Shown here: piece after piece, positions 56,260-64,000 of the stretch
Numbering within the stretch: position 1 is the first letter of the stretch
How the letters are laid out: each line of letters begins with the position of its first letter
Assembly: GCF_009914755.1 (NCBI RefSeq)
Contig: NC_060926.1
DNA from: the human T2T-CHM13v2.0 reference genome, Homo sapiens
Length of the DNA stretch: 64,000 nt
Strand: one strand, 5' to 3'
The notes under the pieces: model-generated
What the model was told of the DNA's origin: nothing
The model's database searches: none
Seen by the model: the letters and a program-made list of their open reading frames with translations, nothing else
Program-made: the position numbers and the translations under genes

Positions 56260-57092
56260 TGGCTGTCTACCCAGGTCCGTGGATCTCCAAGGGATCGCGG
56301 TTAGAATCCATGGGTCCATGAATGTAGATGAGAACAAATACATTTTTATCTTCACTAACATCTAAATGAAATTTACCGTTTCCTCCAGTCATGAATGTAG
56401 GCAAAGGCAAAAAAAAAAAAAAGGCCAGAGTAGGGCCAGGTGTGGTGGCTCACACCTGTAATCCCAGCACTTTAGGAGGCTGAGGCGGGCAGATCGCCTG
56501 AGGTCGGGAGTTCAAGACAGCCTGACCAACCTGGAGAAACCCTGTCTCTACTAAAAATACAAAATTATCTAGGTATGGTGCCAGACACACGTAATCCCAG
56601 CTACTCAGGAGGCTGAGGCAGGAGATTCGCTTATACCTGGGAGGCAGAGGTTGGGGTGAGCCAAGATCGCGCCACTGCACTCCAGGCTGGGTGACAGAGC
56701 AAGACTTTGTCTCAAAAAACAAACAAACAAAAAACCCACAGTAGAGCAGCAGTACCCGTGACTTTCACAATTAAAAATCACAGATATTTTCATATCCAAT
56801 TACATTTGTTGCAGATATCCTGAAATGGTTGTCCGTCATTACTTCAAACTTACTGTAGTTGAAGAACCTTGTTACTATATAATGTTATTTGATGTGTTAA
56901 TAGAGAAGTACATATATTACTGCAGCATGTTTGTTTTTTATTAATATTCTAAGTATATTTCAATATAAGTAGTTTCCTTTGTAATCACATGTAGTTTATT
57001 TCATAAATTTTAAAACATTATTTTGAGAAAGACCCCAAAGGCTTCACCAGACTGCCAAAGGAGGTCCATGTACTGAAAGGTTTGGAACCCAT
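56260..57092. mobile_element. MER119-like hAT-Charlie element, split by an Alu
   Basis: GGGTCCATGAA...TTTTATCTTCACTAAC...ATGAATGTAGGCAA [Alu] CCACAGTAG...AAATCACAGATATTTTCATATC...GGCTTCACCAGACTGCCAAAGG. Confidence 0.75.
56434..56735 (+). mobile_element. AluS (Sp/Sq-like)
   Basis: Full dimer with CCTGAGGTCGGGAGTTC...GGAGAAACC; TSD CCA(G/C)AGTAG. Confidence 0.92.
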
Positions 57093-57224
57093 AATACTGC
57101 CATGTAGGGCATTATTCAGAGAGCAAAAAGAAGCTGTTGGAAGGTTTTAAGCTGGAATATGACTTGATCTTACATGTTTTAAAAATATCACCTGGCTCCA
57201 TTAGCGACTGTGCTACATATTTTA

Positions 57225-57380
57225 TAAATCTTCATGTTAAATAACCTTTCTGTTTGATGAGGACACTGAGGCTTGAGGTCAGACTTGTCTTGGTCAAAGT
57301 CAAACTCTCAAGAAATGTGGAGGAACAGGGCTTCAAACTCAGCTGTGTTTGGTTCTAAAGCCTGTACCCTTTCCACATAT
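57225..57380 (-). mobile_element. MIR fragment
   Basis: GATGAGGACACTGAGGCTTGAG antisense core. Confidence 0.6.
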
Positions 57381-57599
57381 TACTGCTTCTCAGGGTTTTC
57401 CATCAAAATGACCCCAAGACACAGAAGGACTAATGTGTTACCCCAAGTCTCTGGGCACATGGTCAAAACTAACTTCTGACAACATACAATTTCCTTGGGG
57501 TATTATTACATGTTGTCTTAAAAATCGATGCAAAATTTTTATCCATTGTATTTAATAATATATTCCACACATTATTTCAGTATAAAACCACTGTAACTT

Positions 57600-58535
57600 T
57601 GTGATACTTATTATGAAATATATATACCATTCCTAAAATCCTTGGTATCTTCAAAATGATAAGTGTCTTTTTGTATGCTGATGAGCTGATCTTTGGCTGA
57701 GGGCTCTTGGATATCGTCCAATAGGGGCTGGTTGCCCAGGGAACCAACCAGGTGATTAGAGGGTTGGAATTTTCAGTCCTACCCACCAAACTGGCAGGAG
57801 GAGAGAGGAGCTGACGTTTAAGTTGATCACCAGTGGCCAATGATGTAAGCAGTCATGCCTATGTAACGAAGCCTCTGGAAAAACCCAAAAGGACTGAGCT
57901 AAATACTTGGAGGTTTGGGGTGGTGAACCCAGAGAGGGCATGTTAGCTTTGAACCCCTTTCCACATACCTTGCCCTGTGTATCTCTTCTCTCTTGTGTTC
58001 ATCAGTAACCTTAATAATATCCTTTGTAATAAATGAGTAAATGTGTTCCCTGAGTTCTGTGAGCCACTCTAGCAAATTATAGACCGTCCCTTATTTATGG
58101 TGGTTTGATTTAAGATTTTTTGATTTTATGATGTTCCAAAAGCCATAGGTACTCAGTACACTCCTGATATTTTTTACTGTTTTTTTCCCAAATATTTTGG
58201 TTCTGTGGTTGGTTGAATCCACAGATATGGAACCTGTGGATATGGAGGGCCAATTGTACTTGTGCTGGTATCTGAAGTGGGGGGTGGTCTTGTGGAACTG
58301 AGCTCTCAATCTGTGGGATCTGATGCTATCTCCAGGTAGACAGTGTCAGAATTAACACTGGGAGAACTAAGTGGGAGAACACCCAGCTGATGTCTGCTGA
58401 AGAATCCACTGCTGAACGATTACTTGGTGGAGAGAAGTCCCCCACACATTTGGGTGACCAGAGGTCCCCAGAAGTATTCTGCATTGTGAGAGCATAGTAG
58501 GAGAAGCGGAGTTTGTTTTTTCCTATATCTTTACA
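57600..58535 (+). mobile_element. MER21-family solo LTR (ERVL)
   Basis: TG...CA termini, 5-bp TSD AACTT (57595-99 / 58536-40); GGGAACCAACCAGGTGATTAGAGGGTTGGAA and GTTCTGTGAGCCACTCTAGCAAATTA are MER21-like. Confidence 0.85.
58079..58258. mobile_element. TcMar-Tigger MITE fragments inside MER21 (MER47/Tigger5-like left end, MER2-like right end)
   Basis: Left: TAGACCGTCCCTTATTTATGGTGGTTTGATTTAAGATTTTTTGA; right: GGTTGGTTGAATCCACAGATATGGAACCTGTGGATATGGAGGGCCAATTGTA. Confidence 0.65.
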
Positions 58536-59719
58536 AACTTATTGGCCATTGAGTAAAAAATAGCAGCAAGATGTCCCTTTTATGTCATGGCTTCTTCATA
58601 TAATGTCTGAACTCACAGTCATATATTCAAGTGAGAATATGTATTCCCCAATTTGAGAATCTGGGTTGGGCGCCATGGTGCTGATCGAGGATTGGCAGCC
58701 CCTTTCCTAATATCTGTTGAGATAGAACAGCTCCTAAAGTTGGACCATGGAAAGGAAAAGCACTTTAAAGAATCAGACTCATAGCAATTGATCCCTGCAA
58801 AACATGGCTGGTGGACAGACCAATATGGTAGGCAGAGCAGCCGACATTAGAGTGTCTTATTCAAAACAGAGGTGGCATCATGCCAATGAGGGAAAATAGG
58901 CTGATCTGTTAGCACACAGATCACAGAGGTTCAGTGTAAATGCTCCATGCATAGGCTTAAGAGCCACAGTCATCCCACTCCTCATGAGCAGTGTCAGATG
59001 TCTACCTGACAATTAACAGTAGTGTTTTCCCACTGCATTTCCGTAACTTATAAAAATGTTGGCACTATTTTGAAAGAGGGTGATGACAATGGAAGTAGTG
59101 CTTCTCTAACTTATTTAGTGAATTCCATCTTCCCATGTCAAAAGGTTAATAGATTTCTCAACTCAATGAAATAAATCATAATAAACAACTGAAAATTCTG
59201 AACGTTTATAATTTGACATTGATTTATTTTAGTATACTTACTGTCTTTAGTTATTAGCTTTTATGGCCTAAAAATTTTTATGATTAGTTTGTTTCTCAAT
59301 CTGTCACACAGAGCAATGACATTTTAATTCTCAAAATTAAGAATAACAACTGTTATGTCTTAGATTACAAGCTTGTAGAGATCAGATAAAACATCTATTT
59401 AGTGTTGGTGATGCAGTATCTAGTCGAGCACTGTGGGAAATTAATTACTTCATAAGAAGTGTTGGAATCCAATGAGTTCATCAGCTGTCTCTAGTGGGTC
59501 CTCTATTGGATGAATTCGAGTAGGTGCTTTGGTGAGGAAATGATTCCTGCCTTCATGCAGCTTTTAGTCCAAAGAAGCAGGTAGCTAATGATTTCAGGTT
59601 TAATATTCAAGACAACTGAAACTTAAAATTGACAATCATTTTAACTGTTTCATTTTAAAATATCTCTACCTTGTTGGATTATAACGATAAGGATTTAAAT
59701 TGAAAATATGGTTGCAATC

Positions 59720-60155
59720 AGAGTCTGGTCTCTTCGGCATAACATACATCCCCTGCATGAGTGGACCCCGTCCACCTTTTACACCCTTATCCACTGCCGC
59801 ATCTCCACGCATCTCTCATTCGCCACCCTGACCTTGAATGTGTCTGCCTCCTTTGCAAAGGCTGTTTCCTCTGTCTGGGATGTCCTCCTCAGGGACTCAA
59901 CTCTCTTCTTTCTCCTACCCTGCCTGAATGATTCGCCCTTCCTCTGTCATTCACCTTGTACTTCTGTGGGCTTCTCTGCATTCTCCACTGCAGCTGTTAT
60001 TCCACGGAGTGTAATTGTTAGTTGTGGCTCTGTCTCCCCATGTGAGACTGTGCTTCTTGGAGGCAGAGAATGGGTCTTACTATTACTATTCTTGGGTTTG
60101 ATACATAGTTGACCCCCAGATAGAGTTAGATAAATGAATGAATAATGAATGAATG
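59720..60155 (+). mobile_element. L2 3' region
   Basis: GCTGTTTCCTCTGTCTGGGATG...CTTCTTGGAGGCAGAGAATGGGTCTT...(TGAA)n tail. Confidence 0.7.
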
Positions 60156-61004
60156 GACACGCCTGCTTGAATTGTTAAGTTCTTTAGAGACTTCATTTCC
60201 CATTTACGATGTTTTGCAAAATCTCAAGTCTTCTTGAAAAATGAAATGTAGGTTAATGGAAATGTCATCTCATTTTAGTACTCTTTTTGCTATTAAATAA
60301 AGCATATTTTAAATTGCTTCTAAAAACAGAAACTTGGGTTACTTACGTTGACCACCTGTGGTTCTTCAGAAAAGTAGTATGTTTACATAATCATCAAATA
60401 CAGGTGGTCTCAGGTAGGCTTCACAATACCAAATGAGGTCCTTTGCTGAGTAACCGGTCATATCCTGCTGCATGAAATAAAAAAATAAAGGGAGAAAAAA
60501 ATTCCCCAAATGTCACTCTGTGAAGGTGAGCTATCAGAACAAAATCTTTGGGCTAATCTGATCTTATATTTAGGGCATACTCATTTTTTAATAGCTTCTT
60601 TTCTAAATAATGTATTTTTAAAGAAATTGAATACTAGAAATTTATAGATGATTTCAGTGTACAGCTTAATAGTCACTGTTAGATTATTTCTGTGTAAAAT
60701 ATGTGGGTACCAAGGTAAATTAGATTTATAAATGTTTAAATAATTTTAACTGAATAAGAAAGGATTATTAGAACTGGTATAGACAAAATAGAAATTTTAG
60801 TCAGATATTTTTAATGCATTCCCATAAATCAGTTTAAATAGAATACAATTCAGCAGTAAAACTTGGTGATGGAAAGTAAAGAAGATCTTTGTAAATGGGG
60901 TTAATAGTTGCAAAGTGTCCAATTATGCACTGATAACTAATTCCAATGAGTGACCTCTAAGCCACTTTAGAGGACCCAGTACACTTGGGAAGTGATCTCC
61001 AACA

Positions 61005-61200
61005 AGGTAAGGCTGTGGAAAGAGTGTGGAGTTTGGAGACAGAAGTCAGAGATTATTAGTTGAGCACCCTGAAATAAGCCACTTAACTTTTCTGGGCCTC
61101 AATTTCCTAATCTGTAAATTGGACATGATAATAAAATCTGCCTCACAAAGTCATCAAGTACAATAATAAATGTAGAGCTGCTTTATGAGCTCTTAACGAT
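61005..61200 (+). mobile_element. MIR
   Basis: CACTTAACTTTTCTGGGCCTCAATTTCCTAATCTGTAAATTGG. Confidence 0.75.
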
Positions 61201-61291
61201 ATAAACTAGAAAGAATCTGGGGGAGCTTATCTGTTTATTTCACAATTAAAAAATGGAAAAAGAGCTCTAGTTAATTAACATTTTTGTTTGA

Positions 61292-61565
61292 GGCCTGGCA
61301 TGGTGGCTCACACCTGCACTTTGGGAGGCCAAGGCAGGCAGATCACCTGAGGTTAGGAGATCGAGACCAGCCTGGCCAACATGGCGAAACCCCGTCTCTA
61401 CTAAAAATACAAAAATTAGCTGGGAGTGGTGGTGGACACCTATAATCCCAACTCCTTGGGAGGCTGAGGCAGGAGAATCTCTTGAACCCAGGGAGCAGAT
61501 GTTGCAGTGAGTGGAGAGCATGCTACTTCACTCCAGCCTGGGCAAAAGAGTGAGACTCGATCTGG

Positions 61566-61595
<30 letters not shown>
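61292..61595 (+). mobile_element. AluS with a small left-arm deletion and A30 tail
   Basis: CACACCTG^CACTTTGGG lacks TAATCCCAG; A run 61566-61595. Confidence 0.92.

Positions 61596-61636
<41 letters not shown>
61596..61636. repeat. (TA)~20 microsatellite on the Alu tail
   Basis: Uninterrupted TA run directly after A30. Confidence 0.95.
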
Positions 61637-61638
<2 letters not shown>

Positions 61639-63026
61639 CCATAGAACCAAGATTGGAAAGAAAAAGTAAAAAGACCAAATGAGAAAAAGAACATAAAAGC
61701 GAACTTGACTTTTTCAAACGTTTATAGCTATTGCTGAGCCTACAAAAAATAAGTGAGACTAGACAATACGATGATATGGAAATGGGGAACAGCTCAGTCT
61801 ATAATGTCATCGCTGAGCTGCGCCACTCACTGTGAATAGCTTTTAGAACTGTTACAGTTATAGAGGTAAATTGGTTTATAAACAATAATTGTGTAGAATC
61901 ATTCAAATAAAAAACAAGGAATAGTAAAAAGGAGAAAAGTCTCTTGTCCAGAGAGGTGACATATTCAATGTCTCTGCAGATGATGGAGATAGAAGGTGTT
62001 CATGTCTGTGTGTCGTGGTGTCTGTCCCCAACGGATGAGCAGATTTTTAATTATTTTTGAATAAATATGTACTATTTTATTATTTTTTCTTGTAACTCTC
62101 TTGATCTGCATTTTACAGAGTAGTGACATATAGTTCAAATCTTTATGTGGGGTGGAGTATGGTCAGAAAAATCCAAGCATTTGATTAGAGAGAGTACAGA
62201 AGAAACCCATCATTATGCATCTTTAAAACATTAACTCCATTTAATAGATAACTCGCTTCATGGGATTTGACACAAGTTTTAATGCTAAGTAGTTGTTTTG
62301 AAAGTGCAAACCATGGAAGCTTTGGGGAAAAATTTGCAGGAGTGTAGAAGTCAATTTAGTCCAACCCTTGGATTCAAACAAGAACACAAGCCACACAGCT
62401 TTCAGATTTCACCATGAAACAGGTTCTTGTCATCATTTTCTCATAGGAAAGGGTCATTAAATTTCCCATTAACAGAAAGGAGAAACATTGACAATAGTTG
62501 TTGCCTAATGCTTATGTACAGAACTGCTGTTACTGTTGCTTGGCAACTAGAAGAGATTTGACAAGGAGTCTAAAGGAACTGAATGAATAAATGGAAATGT
62601 CAGCCTCAGTTTCAGGGGATAAGAAGAAATTTACTATTGTAGGATTAGCATCGCATTGCTTTTTCCAGGCTACATGATCGGAATTCACAGTGTTTCTCTC
62701 CTGCTTCTCCTGCCTCTCCACCCCCACTCCTTCCAGTCTTTCCTGGTAGCCCCTGTGCACTGCAGCTGAGAGGTATATATAAGATAGATGGTTAATGCTA
62801 AAGAATACAAGAGCATGTCGAAAATGAAACCCTGTGGCAGCAGGAAGAAGTAACTTCTATTCACAATCCCTTGGGATTTATAGGTAGTTTACCAACATTC
62901 TAGTTATTTCTCACCATGATCCTTCGTATTAAATTATTCAGTTTTTACGGAGAAGAAAATGACAATGTTGGAAGGCTGTAACAATGGTTCCTTCTCTCCT
63001 AACCTTGTACACTGGAAATCTGTTCG

Positions 63027-63066
63027 GATAGATTAGACAGACAGGTAGACAGACAAACAGATAGAT
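63027..63066. repeat. Degenerate (GATA/GACA)n
   Basis: GATAGATTAGACAGACAGGTAGACAGACAAACAGATAGAT. Confidence 0.7.
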
Positions 63067-64000
63067 GCATAAACTCAGACCTTAAAATTGTTATTGTTTG
63101 TATTATTATTAAAACCACATTTTCTCTGTAAATCATTGCTCCTTAACTTGATTATAAGCTCCTAGTGGACTTTTGATTTATTTGTGTACTTATCCTATAG
63201 TAATATATTATTATATAATAATAATATCATAGACTTTGTGCCCCCCAAATATTGGCTAATTAATCAGTGTTAAATAATTTAGCCACTATTGTCTAATGGT
63301 AATTCTCAACTCATAGGGAGGAAGAAGGAAGTGGGACATGCTTCCTGGGTCTAGGGCAAGTATTAGAATGTCAGTGGGGGAAAAGATAGGTATAATTAGA
63401 AAAAAAAACCCACATATTTGTTTTCTTTTGAGTCATCCAAGAGACAGATGCCAAGATGAGATGGGATTAAAAGAGATGGGGAAGAGGGTAGGCAGCCAGA
63501 GCAGGCAGGGAGAGGCTTTAGACTTCCATGCAAATCTGATAGCTTGAAAGAAGAGGGAGAAGAAAGGAAAATCGAGCAGAGAATGTCTCAAACTTACAAT
63601 GCAGTATTGAATTTCGGCAGGCTGATGAGGAGTGTTTAGGCCAACGTTGCCCACTGGGGGAATGTTCAGAAATGAGCTTTCACGAGTCCCCAGCCTCCTC
63701 AGCTGTTAACTAGCAACCTCCTGGGGGGAGTGTGGCTGGGGTGCAAATGCACTGGGGGACCCAAGAGGAGTGGCAGCTAGGCTGTCAGTCAACTGTGTTG
63801 ATTTCCGTAGCTGCCACAATACCTCAGAGTGTAACAAAATACATATGTATATATTTAAAAAGGAAATTGGAATACCTATTTTGGAATTCAACTATATGAG
63901 AAAAGCTTGAGATTTTTATGTTTATTGAAAAGAATAAATTAAAAGTTTGGGAGCCATCATTCTAAAGTAAATAGTAAATTAAAATGCAAACTCTAGAATT

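Larger units (their letters stand above)
55800..57200 (-). mobile_element. L2 (antisense) split by the MER119+Alu insertion
   Basis: CCTGCTCCCATGGAGCTCACATT...GGTCAGGGAAGCCCTTTGGAGGAGGTGACATTTGA up to ~56245; resumes ~57095-57200 (TTGGAAGGTTTTAAGC...AAAAATATCACCTGGCT). Confidence 0.7.

Overview
Primate (almost certainly human) genomic DNA, AT-rich and CpG-depleted, lying within the 5' part of SPATS2L (+ strand; chr2q33 from memory). The only protein-coding sequence I can support is one 61-nt exon (54777-54837) carrying 22 nt of 5'UTR, the start codon and MAELNTHVNVKEK. The rest is intron packed with interspersed repeats: 16 Alus, three L1 pieces, many MIR/L2 fragments, a ~3 kb CR1/L3 relic, MaLR and MER21 LTRs, hAT and Tigger/mariner MITEs, and a retroposed Y4 RNA pseudogene. 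The ORF-track ORFs are repeat-derived or chance. I found no evidence of a novel multi-gene system. The best leads are regulatory: candidate alternative 5' exons (one creates a strong in-frame ATG at the splice junction), two consensus ISREs (one overlapping a GAS), and templated-insertion scars inside the L3 relic. Repeat subfamily names are from remembered consensus sequences and their boundaries are approximate.
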